Virus record (IMG/VR): IMGVR_UViG_3300042514_001345
Strand: one strand, 5' to 3'
From: a virus
Taxonomy: Duplodnaviria > Heunggongvirae > Uroviricota > Caudoviricetes
Length of the DNA: 64,000 nucleotides
Of this stretch, positions 44,539 to 52,964 are shown piece by piece; the first letter of the stretch is position 1; every line of letters starts with the position of its first letter. Under the pieces are notes generated by a model that did no database searches, was not told the DNA's origin, and saw only the letters and a list, made by a program, of their open reading frames with translations. Position numbers and translations under genes: made by a program.

Positions 44539-45648
44539 TTAAAGATACTCCATTTTATTAAATAGTTTTTTTATTCTACCTAAAACACCTTCATTTAAAT
44601 CCTCATTATCTTCTGGGGCTTCTTCTGGTTTATTGGTTTTAGGTATTTCTGGTAGTTTTGGTTTTTCTTGTGTTTCTGGCTGCTCTGGCTCGGGTTCTAC
44701 CTTTTTACTTTGTACTGGTTTTTTAGGTGGTTTACCAATAGCCGTTGGTAATATGATTTCTGGCTCAGGTTTTTTATTTGCATTCTTTCTCATAAACTCT
44801 TTAGCTTTTGCGGTTTCTTTATCAACAATTGCTTTTGATATGTCATCTACTAAAGAATCGATACTTTTTGTAACTTCTTTTTTCTTATCGGTTAAATCTT
44901 TTAAAATATTAAGGTATTTTTCTTCATCTGGAGTACCGGTACCTTTCACTTTTTTATATTCATTATTATTTAACACCATATCGTTTTGGATATTTGCCAG
45001 ATCATCCTGAAGTGTTCCTATTTCTTTGTCGAAATTTCTTGTTTGTTTTGTAACTGTAACGGTTTTTGTTGGTTTCTTTTCTTTATCAACCTTTTGTAAC
45101 GGCTCTATGTTAATTTTAGTTTTAGGTCTATTCAATTTTTGACTAAAATCAGTTGTAACATAAGTAATACTCATTAAAGCGTCATCACCACCGCCATTAT
45201 AGAGTGGTCTAGGTTCATCAAAAAACTCGTTAGTTTGAATTTGAACAGATGACATTCTAGCTAACATAAACGTTCTCCATCTATGATTTGGTGTGCCGTC
45301 CGGATTTTTAAATCCTTTTTTAGAAACTGATGGAGGATTGATATATGCACGTAAAACTAGATTACCTTTTTTATTTAACCCTAAAGCAACGGCTTCAGCT
45401 TTTACGCGATATCCAGCTTTAACACTATTTTTTTTAGGTTTTCTAGGTCCACTATAATAAAATGTGATTGGATTTCTTGTGATAATAGCTTTTACAATCG
45501 GTCTAGTTTTAGTCGTTTTAAGAATTGAACTATTTTCATAACCCTGTTTAACTTGTTCTTCTATTATCTCTGAAAAATATTCTTCAAGTGTCATATTAAA
45601 AATCTGGGTATCTTTTAGTTTCTCCGTAAGCATTTCTAGCGATACCAC
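44539..45648 (-). CDS. hypothetical protein with a Lys/Pro/Glu-rich C-terminus
   Basis: 369-aa ORF. Confidence 0.4.
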   Translation of the reverse strand: MVSLEMLTEKLKDTQIFNMTLEEYFSEIIEEQVKQGYENSSILKTTKTRPIVKAIITRNPITFYYSGPRKPKKNSVKAGYRVKAEAVALGLNKKGNLVLRAYINPPSVSKKGFKNPDGTPNHRWRTFMLARMSSVQIQTNEFFDEPRPLYNGGGDDALMSITYVTTDFSQKLNRPKTKINIEPLQKVDKEKKPTKTVTVTKQTRNFDKEIGTLQDDLANIQNDMVLNNNEYKKVKGTGTPDEEKYLNILKDLTDKKKEVTKSIDSLVDDISKAIVDKETAKAKEFMRKNANKKPEPEIILPTAIGKPPKKPVQSKKVEPEPEQPETQEKPKLPEIPKTNKPEEAPEDNEDLNEGVLGRIKKLFNKMEYL

Positions 45649-46249
45649 TAGTTCTTTCCTTGATATCTGTTAATGAACCTACACGACCATTATTTTCACC
45701 CTTACCAAATTCATCACCATCAGAAATAGCATCGGGATTTGTACTATTATATTGGTTTTGATTACCGTATCGATTTTTACCGGTTAACGTTTTTCTTTCG
45801 TTGATATCGGTTGACGAACCAACTTTACCATCAAACTCACCTTTACCTTTTTCATCACCATCAGATAACGCATTTCTGTTTACTGTGCTATAAAATCGAT
45901 TTTCATTATAACCATTTTTAGCTAATAGTTTTTCTCTTTCATTGATATCTGTTAAAGTACCGACACTACCATTGCTACCAATTTGACCTTTACCTTTTTC
46001 ATCACCATCAGATAAAGCATTAATGTTTCCGGAATTATACGAGTTATTTTCATTATATGAGTTTTTCCCCACTAATTGTTTTCTTTCTATAATGTCTTTT
46101 GAACTACCGATTTCATTTTTACCTTTTTCGTCACCATCTGAAACAGCATTTGGATGTTCCCTGTTGTATGCACCATTTTGATCATAAGGGTTTCTAGCTA
46201 AATGTTCTTTTCTTTGTTGTTCGGCAATAATTTCTAATTGTGTCGCCAT
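45596..46249 (-). CDS. repeat protein with four 46-aa repeats centred on SDGDEKGKG
   Basis: Four tandem repeats of the form NALSDGDEKGKG....DINER..L.GKN.Y.EN..Y. Confidence 0.45.
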   Translation of the reverse strand: MATQLEIIAEQQRKEHLARNPYDQNGAYNREHPNAVSDGDEKGKNEIGSSKDIIERKQLVGKNSYNENNSYNSGNINALSDGDEKGKGQIGSNGSVGTLTDINEREKLLAKNGYNENRFYSTVNRNALSDGDEKGKGEFDGKVGSSTDINERKTLTGKNRYGNQNQYNSTNPDAISDGDEFGKGENNGRVGSLTDIKERTSGIARNAYGETKRYPDF

Positions 46250-46250
46250 A

Positions 46251-46721
46251 TTAATAATTTATGATTTTTTTCATTCTGTTTATTTCCTCAAACAAAGCAC
46301 TAGCAACTGATTTCTCTGAATTACTTTTAATACCTAAATTAATTCCTTGAGGTTTTTTTGTATGTGTTTTTAAATGGGCATTTTTACGTTGTAGACCAGT
46401 GTTATTATTAATGTTTGCACTAGCATCTTTTTTATCTCTAACCAAATCTCTTTCTCCGTTTAAAAAGGTACTTGCCCACTTTTCCATAACGTCCCCACCA
46501 TAAAGGTTATATGTGGATTTTTCATTTACCTTATCCATTGTTTTTAAATCATGGATAATTCTCTTTAATTGACCATAAGTCACCTTACCGTCTGAAAGTA
46601 ATTTTTCCGCACGTTTTTTACCCTTTGAATTTGTATCATTTAAACCCGTTACAGCGTGTCTAATTTGATTCAATACATTTGGGGGTATTGTATATACGTT
46701 TGATTGTAATTTACTGTTCAT
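46251..46721 (-). CDS. hypothetical protein
   Basis: 156-aa ORF. Confidence 0.35.
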   Translation of the reverse strand: MNSKLQSNVYTIPPNVLNQIRHAVTGLNDTNSKGKKRAEKLLSDGKVTYGQLKRIIHDLKTMDKVNEKSTYNLYGGDVMEKWASTFLNGERDLVRDKKDASANINNNTGLQRKNAHLKTHTKKPQGINLGIKSNSEKSVASALFEEINRMKKIINY

Positions 46722-47451
46722 TTTTAAGGTAATCTAAAATTTGATCTAAGTCAAGATTATTGTCCTCAATAGTGCTTTTTAATGAATTAAGTTGTTTTTG
46801 AACTAATGGGTTCAATTCCTTCTTTTCATTATCTTTTTTAAGAACATCATTATTTGTGTTTTTTCTGTCCAAAGCTGTTTGAATATAATCTTCCATAAAC
46901 TTTTTAGGATTCTCAACTAATCTAACTAATTCCTTTTCCCCAGGGATGTAACCCATAGCGGATAATCTTTCTTTAGCTTCCTCGTCTGATAATCCCAATT
47001 TTTTCGTAAAATGTTTATATGCTTCTTTATATGACTCATCATCTCCTAGGGTATCATCATATCCAAGTGATTTACTCATATTAGCTTCACCCCAAAATCT
47101 TTTTGGTGCTTGCACTGTACCAGCGATGCCGTACATACCCATCATTCTAAACCCTGTTGCGGCCGCTTGGTCAGTAGTGCTATTAGACCCGATAAACTTT
47201 GTTGACAAGTTACCATTTTTTTCGCCTCTTTTAATGTTACCCTTTTCATCCACCACCTCTTCAACATCCTGTTCCGCTTTTTCTGGTATTTTATCAAAAT
47301 CAGTTTTGCTAGAAAATTCACTAGCCCATTTACCCCACTTTTTACGTTCTTTCTTGGGTATTGATTTATCCGACGCTTTTGCGTAGAACAATTTTTGTTG
47401 CTTTTTAGACGCAAATGTCTCCTCAATTACTTTTTTAAAAAAATGATTCAT
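46711..47451 (-). CDS. hypothetical protein
   Basis: 246-aa ORF. Confidence 0.35.
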   Translation of the reverse strand: MNHFFKKVIEETFASKKQQKLFYAKASDKSIPKKERKKWGKWASEFSSKTDFDKIPEKAEQDVEEVVDEKGNIKRGEKNGNLSTKFIGSNSTTDQAAATGFRMMGMYGIAGTVQAPKRFWGEANMSKSLGYDDTLGDDESYKEAYKHFTKKLGLSDEEAKERLSAMGYIPGEKELVRLVENPKKFMEDYIQTALDRKNTNNDVLKKDNEKKELNPLVQKQLNSLKSTIEDNNLDLDQILDYLKNEQ

Positions 47452-47490
47452 TTAAATACTTTATTAATAAATATCAAATCATACGAAAGA

Positions 47491-47498
47491 TATTTATA
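47491..47498 (+). promoter_or_regulatory. TATTTATA upstream motif
   Basis: 5 nt upstream of the ATG at 47504, the first fiber-module gene. Confidence 0.4.
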
Positions 47499-47503
47499 AT
47501 AAC

Positions 47504-48127
47504 ATGAATAGTCAGAATATTTTAAAGTTTTATGGTTCCAGATTGGATATTAAGTTGGATAGTTCAGAGTTTTACGACTATGAGATATCTAAAGTTTCAG
47601 GTGATTATAACACAGATGTCCTAGATTTAGGTTCCCCAATTACATATACTGGGTTAACGATTGATGAAAGTTTAGCATTTTTTAGTTGTTCTAGAATCAC
47701 AATAACGTTAAGTGAATATAATAATACTGTAAATGACCCCAGCTACATATATTCTGGGATATCATTTACTTTGGACTATGATAATTTTGTAAATAATTTT
47801 GGTTCACCATATGAACACATAATTTTAAATAACCATATATACACGTACACAGGTATTACTGGGGAAACCCATTATTTTAGAATTACTCAGTTTAATCAGA
47901 ATTTAAACATTGACGACAACTTATATGATTATTTAACGGATAACCCAACACCTACCCCTACACCAACAATAACGTCAACATCAACACCAACACCAACAAT
48001 AAGTGCAACACCATATCAAACACCAACATTAACCACGACACCAAACCAAACATTAACACCAACACCAACACCAACAACAAATACTAATGGATTAAATACG
48101 GTTTTTGTCTCTTATACAATTTTATAA
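47504..48127 (+). CDS. fiber-module protein with a C-terminal Pro/Thr-rich linker
   Basis: C-terminal run of (PT)n and STPTPT. It is the first gene of the plus-strand fiber cluster. Confidence 0.45.
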   Translation: MNSQNILKFYGSRLDIKLDSSEFYDYEISKVSGDYNTDVLDLGSPITYTGLTIDESLAFFSCSRITITLSEYNNTVNDPSYIYSGISFTLDYDNFVNNFGSPYEHIILNNHIYTYTGITGETHYFRITQFNQNLNIDDNLYDYLTDNPTPTPTPTITSTSTPTPTISATPYQTPTLTTTPNQTLTPTPTPTTNTNGLNTVFVSYTIL

Positions 48128-49359
48128 TGATGAATAGTACTATAAACGAAAAAATAAAAGAACTTTTTGAATCAACACCCAAGAACATTAGTGTTGCTTT
48201 TGGTAAAAAAACGATCGCAGGGGAATTAACCGGTGAACTCGCATTTATGTTTATGGTTCCAGAGAAATTACCATTATCTGAAATCCCAGAACATGAAATA
48301 TTACCATCAACTGTCGTTATTGGTGATGACACATATAAAACAGATGTTATTGAAGTTGGTGAAATAAAACTTATTGCTTGTGATTCAAGCACAAATTCTA
48401 GTTGTTATGGTTGGCAATCAACTCCACCGAGTAATCAAAATACAATCAGACCTATAAAAGGTGGTATTCAAATAAGTTCGCACAATAACTCATTAAATTA
48501 CCCTAGTTCTATTACTGTGGGAACATTGGGGTTTATAGCAATAGATACTGAAACATCCGCAATAGTAGGGGTTTCAAACAACCACGTTTTGGTTAAAAAT
48601 GCGTTTTATACTGGTGAAAGAAATATAAATGGCGCAAGTATAGAAAATGAAATAGATGATAATGTGTATCAAAATGGATTTGACCATTCAACTGGTGGAA
48701 CGATTGGTAAAGTTATTAGATACGTTCCTTTAACCAAATCTGGGGTAAATCAAGTTGATGGTGCTTTGTTTGCAATATATTCAAATGTAATATCTAATTC
48801 AGAATCTTTTTTACAACATGGATTATCAATTTCAACATCGATGCCATTTGCATCAACTTCGGAGATAAATAATGCATTAGTTGGTGATTATCCTTTGGCT
48901 AGTTCTGGTAGAAGTACTGGGGCTAAAATGAACAGCCCATGTGGATTGGTCGTTAATTCTTTAGGTGCCATAACATATGTTGGTCCGTTTTATGATAATG
49001 GCGGATATGAAACGCCATTGTTTAATGATTTAATTGCGTTTAGTAGAGAAAATGCCGATTGTAACTATCCTATTTATCCAGGAGATTCTGGTTCAGGTTT
49101 ACTTGCTAATATTGATGGAACTTGGAAAATTATTGGGCTTTGTTTTGCCGGTAGTAACACAATGGGATACGCTTGTAGAATTGATCATGTGGCTTCACAA
49201 TTAGGAATACAATCTTGGGATGGTACATCAAAACCATTTATCGATATTAATTCAATAGATATAAAAGCAGTGCTTGGCACTTCAACAGATAAAACAATTG
49301 ATTGTAGTGGTACAACATATTGGCAAATGGGGTCAGCTAATAATACAAACTTTTGTTAA
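48127..49359 (+). CDS. trypsin-like (S1 family) serine peptidase domain protein
   Basis: YPIYPGDSGSGLL matches the catalytic GDSGGP signature, and NHVLV is a candidate His region. Start overlaps the previous gene's stop (ATGA). Confidence 0.55.
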   Translation: MMNSTINEKIKELFESTPKNISVAFGKKTIAGELTGELAFMFMVPEKLPLSEIPEHEILPSTVVIGDDTYKTDVIEVGEIKLIACDSSTNSSCYGWQSTPPSNQNTIRPIKGGIQISSHNNSLNYPSSITVGTLGFIAIDTETSAIVGVSNNHVLVKNAFYTGERNINGASIENEIDDNVYQNGFDHSTGGTIGKVIRYVPLTKSGVNQVDGALFAIYSNVISNSESFLQHGLSISTSMPFASTSEINNALVGDYPLASSGRSTGAKMNSPCGLVVNSLGAITYVGPFYDNGGYETPLFNDLIAFSRENADCNYPIYPGDSGSGLLANIDGTWKIIGLCFAGSNTMGYACRIDHVASQLGIQSWDGTSKPFIDINSIDIKAVLGTSTDKTIDCSGTTYWQMGSANNTNFC

Positions 49360-49391
49360 TAAGATTGAAAAATAACTAATTATAATATAGA

Positions 49392-51791
49392 ATGCCATAT
49401 AGTTTAGAATTTGAGGGGATTATTTTATCTGGGTTTAGTAAAACCGTAATCGATTGTTCACAAAAACTTGCGGACCCAAATAACTGTTGCCCAATAACTC
49501 CAAAACTTTCAAATAAACCGTGGGCATATAAATTTGATACAGGGGCAGGTAGTGATAATTGTGACCCAATCATTAAAAGAAGAACTGAAAAAGGTTGGAC
49601 ATTAGATTTTATATTTAACAGAGAAAACTTAAGTTGGGTATTTGGCGGGGTATTTTATTATTTGGGTGTTAGAGGGGATAACGACCCAAATAACTATGCT
49701 GATAATAATCTATCATTTCAATTTACCTCAGATAGAAAAATTAAGTGGGTTGCTCATCATTATTCTGGGTATTGTGCAACTGATTTAGGTTATCAAGAAG
49801 TTTTTTACACAGCTTCTGGTTTAACGCCGACAATTTGTACTACTGATGAAACAAAAGATTTTAACGTCACAATTACATTTGATAGATATAAACATTATAC
49901 GGATTGTGACATAGAGAACGATGGGGGTTGGAATGATTTATTACCTGGACCACGTTTAATACCATATACCCCAACTGACACAGGGGTAACGTCTACACAT
50001 ATTTCTACTGGATATTATTTAACAAATTCAACAGGATCAACACTTTCAGGTGAAACTGAAGTTTATGTATATACTGAAGAATTAAATAAAAAATGGGCTA
50101 ACGAAAGACAAAGAAGATTAGGTACGTTAAAAATTTATTTAAATGGTAGACCAATATACAAATTAGAAGATTGGGAAGAAGTTATACCATCAAGTAGAGG
50201 TGTTCAACCATTCATACAATCTTGGGGTGGTGGGACTGGTTTAATGAATAATATACATGCTGGAGTTTGTTGTTTTAACATGAAATCCATAAAATATTAT
50301 GAAGAACCATTGGATTTTGTTCATGTTAGGCATAATTTTTTAACTAGATTGAATGATTATGATTTCTTTATTTGTGGTGGTACTTGTGATGATGATATAA
50401 GTGGTTTTGTTCCGGAACCAACATCTACTAGAACACCGACACCTACACCGACGGTCACTGCTAGTTCAACTAGTACACCTACGGCAACTCCTACCGCGAC
50501 TCTTACGAGTACACCAACACCAACACCTACGGTCACTGCTAGTTCAACTAGTACACCTACACCTACGGCAACTCCTACCGCGACTCTTACGAGTACACCA
50601 ACACCTACACCAGCTTTAATTATACCAGAAAATGATTTCACATATGTGATTATTCCTGGTAATGATTTACTATATGTCATTATTCCAAATAATGATTTTA
50701 CTTATACATTAATACCAACTAACGATTTAACTAGTACAATAATACCTAACAGTGATTTAGAGTATTTGGTTCTACCATTAAACGATATTAATTATACATT
50801 AATACCAAATACCGATTTAACATATACATTAATTCCAAATTCCGATTTAAGTTATTCATTATTACAACCATCACCAACCCCAACAAGTACACCTACACCA
50901 ACACCAACACCTACGGAGACAAGTACACCAACCCCAACTAATACACCAACACCTACGGAGACAAGTACACCAACTGAGACCAGTACACCAACAAGTACAC
51001 CGACACCAACAATGGTTCCATATAACAAAATTGTTGACTTAAACATAAATGATTCAATATCATATTCTGGAAGTGGAACAACGGTTACGGACATTTTGGG
51101 TAACACAAATGCAAGTATAATTGGTTCACCATCATATCAAAATGATGGATGTACTTCGTCAATAGTGTTGAACGGTACCAGTCAATATATTTTAACCAAC
51201 ACCTCAATTAATACACTTTATGATTCTACAGATACATCTATATTTCTTTGGGTTTATTTAACAGATAATGGTGTAATATTGAGTGAACAAGGTAGTGCTG
51301 TTTTAAACATTGGTTGGCACGATTCACAAATTGAAATGGTTAGTGGAACATTAAAGTTTAGTGTTTGGCCATATGGTAGTGAAATAACATCATCAATATC
51401 AACACCTCTTAATAATTGGTACTATATTGGATTTGTACAGAACAATACAACTTTAACCGCATATGTAAATGGACAAAGTGCTGGTTCATCAACAGTTGTT
51501 AGAGAGGCACCGTACCAAAGTAGTAATGGTTTATATTATGCAATAGGTACCGCAGATAGTACGAACTTAGGTGATGGTACATATTCTGCATTGAAATTTG
51601 GTAGATTAGAAATATGGGATGGTGCGATTTCATCTTCAGATGTTTTACAGAACTATAATGATTCAGTAACCACTTGGATTTGTCCTACACCGACCCCAAC
51701 CCCTACACCAACTATAAATCCAAGTTGTGATATCACATACAATATAGTGCCTTTTGATATGACTTGTGACATAACTTATAATATAATATAA
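49392..51791 (+). CDS. fiber/adhesin with Pro/Thr-rich linkers, 8-aa beta-helix-like repeats and a LamG/ConA-like lectin domain
   Basis: Contains three (T/S)PTPT linker blocks, about ten repeats of (I/L)IPxNDxxY(T/V), and a LamG-like segment (NGTSQYIL...IFLWVYL...NNWYYIGFVQNNTTLTAYVNGQS). Confidence 0.6.
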   Translation: MPYSLEFEGIILSGFSKTVIDCSQKLADPNNCCPITPKLSNKPWAYKFDTGAGSDNCDPIIKRRTEKGWTLDFIFNRENLSWVFGGVFYYLGVRGDNDPNNYADNNLSFQFTSDRKIKWVAHHYSGYCATDLGYQEVFYTASGLTPTICTTDETKDFNVTITFDRYKHYTDCDIENDGGWNDLLPGPRLIPYTPTDTGVTSTHISTGYYLTNSTGSTLSGETEVYVYTEELNKKWANERQRRLGTLKIYLNGRPIYKLEDWEEVIPSSRGVQPFIQSWGGGTGLMNNIHAGVCCFNMKSIKYYEEPLDFVHVRHNFLTRLNDYDFFICGGTCDDDISGFVPEPTSTRTPTPTPTVTASSTSTPTATPTATLTSTPTPTPTVTASSTSTPTPTATPTATLTSTPTPTPALIIPENDFTYVIIPGNDLLYVIIPNNDFTYTLIPTNDLTSTIIPNSDLEYLVLPLNDINYTLIPNTDLTYTLIPNSDLSYSLLQPSPTPTSTPTPTPTPTETSTPTPTNTPTPTETSTPTETSTPTSTPTPTMVPYNKIVDLNINDSISYSGSGTTVTDILGNTNASIIGSPSYQNDGCTSSIVLNGTSQYILTNTSINTLYDSTDTSIFLWVYLTDNGVILSEQGSAVLNIGWHDSQIEMVSGTLKFSVWPYGSEITSSISTPLNNWYYIGFVQNNTTLTAYVNGQSAGSSTVVREAPYQSSNGLYYAIGTADSTNLGDGTYSALKFGRLEIWDGAISSSDVLQNYNDSVTTWICPTPTPTPTPTINPSCDITYNIVPFDMTCDITYNII
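50440..50610 (+). repeat. tandem duplication of an approximately 80-bp unit encoding a Pro/Thr/Ser/Ala-rich linker
   Basis: acggtcactgctagttcaactagtacacctacggcaactcctaccgcgactcttacgagtacaccaaca occurs twice in tandem. The second copy carries a 6-bp insertion. Confidence 0.7.
50617..50865 (+). repeat. 24-bp periodic coding repeat, about 10 copies
   Basis: Encodes (I/L)IPxNDxxY(T/V) octapeptide repeats inside the fiber gene. Confidence 0.7.
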
Positions 51792-51805
51792 AATAAAGAT
51801 ATAAA

Positions 51806-52894
51806 ATGACAACAGTTCAAATATTAACAACAAACTATAGTGGTCAAACCGCCACAATCACATTTTCCCCGTGTAGTGGAGGAACTATAAATTTAGGTTC
51901 ACAAGTCATTCCTTACAATTATATAAGTGATAATTACTTAGGTGAATATTCGCTATATTTTGCGGATTTTAATCAAACCTGCACATTTAATGTTCCGTGT
52001 CCAACAGAAACTCCAACACCTACACCAACGGAAACTCCAACACCAACACCAACACCTACATCAACAGAAACTCCTACACCAACAACAACTCCAACCAATA
52101 CAGAAACCCCAACTAATACACCAACTCCAACTTCAACTGATTCGAGTTCAATAACTACATACACAATTTCAGGATGTACTAATCTAAATGTTTTAGTTGT
52201 CGATTTAGGACCAGGACTTATAGTTCCTGGAGATGTAAACTATTACACATTCACAGGAGCAACACCAAGTGGATGTTATTCAGTCATTGGTAAGATAAAT
52301 GCTCCGATAGACGATGCGTTTACCGCATCATTTGGAACTGGTGGATGTAATGATTGTGAGAGTACTTATATAACTCCAACCCCAACTCCTACGAGTACAC
52401 CTACTCCAACATCAACAAATACCCCAACTCCTACGAGTACACCTACTCCAACACCTACATCAGGTCTTGTGGTAACAATTTTAGAGGTTGGTTCTGACGT
52501 TATAATGTCAGGTTCCGGTTCTCTTAACCTAACAGGATTAATTGAAGGTTCAGTACAAACAGCCGGAGGTATTAACGGTACGTTGGGTTATTGGGTAATT
52601 GGTCAATCTAATCTATTTTTTGCTAGGAAATTTTTTGGAAATAATCTAAATGTTTACCCTAATAGTTTCGGTTCAGGATATACAGCACCAACATCATACT
52701 CGGGACAAACATTTGGTATTCAGGATGGGTCACTAGGTAAAGATATAATTTTACCGATAGGTTATACTTCAGGTAGTCCATTAAGTGGAACTGCAACGTT
52801 TGCAAATAAAACAATATCAGGTATGGGACTAACACCTGGTACTTATTTATATGATTGGGGAAGTGATTCGATAACATTACAAATCGGTTCTTAA
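51806..52894 (+). CDS. fiber-module protein with Pro/Thr-rich linkers and a shared N-terminal domain
   Basis: The N-terminal 60 aa (TTNYSGQTATITFSPCSGGTINLGSQVIPYNYIS...YSLYFADF) are homologous to the N-terminus of the 52965..55067 ORF. Confidence 0.5.
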   Translation: MTTVQILTTNYSGQTATITFSPCSGGTINLGSQVIPYNYISDNYLGEYSLYFADFNQTCTFNVPCPTETPTPTPTETPTPTPTPTSTETPTPTTTPTNTETPTNTPTPTSTDSSSITTYTISGCTNLNVLVVDLGPGLIVPGDVNYYTFTGATPSGCYSVIGKINAPIDDAFTASFGTGGCNDCESTYITPTPTPTSTPTPTSTNTPTPTSTPTPTPTSGLVVTILEVGSDVIMSGSGSLNLTGLIEGSVQTAGGINGTLGYWVIGQSNLFFARKFFGNNLNVYPNSFGSGYTAPTSYSGQTFGIQDGSLGKDIILPIGYTSGSPLSGTATFANKTISGMGLTPGTYLYDWGSDSITLQIGS

Positions 52895-52936
52895 AAATAA
52901 AAAGTAACAAATAATAAAAGATACAACAGAATAAAG

Positions 52937-52944
52937 TATTTATA
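52937..52944 (+). promoter_or_regulatory. TATTTATA upstream motif
   Basis: 20 nt upstream of the ATG at 52965. Confidence 0.4.
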
Positions 52945-52964
52945 ATAGACAAAAATAACAAACT

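Noticed and set aside
50440-50865. Regular short tandem repeats that could superficially resemble a CRISPR array
   Set aside because: The repeats are in frame and translate to Pro/Thr linkers and octapeptide repeats within a long ORF. There is no repeat-spacer architecture and no cas gene nearby. No CRISPR array is present in the window.
50357-52164. Short ORFs on both strands (50357-50680, 50401-50619, 50852-51106, 51942-52154, 51973-52164) encoding poly-VGV or poly-HQ/LR peptides
   Set aside because: They are alternate frames of the Pro/Thr-linker coding repeats (ACNCCNACN periodicity) within the fiber genes.
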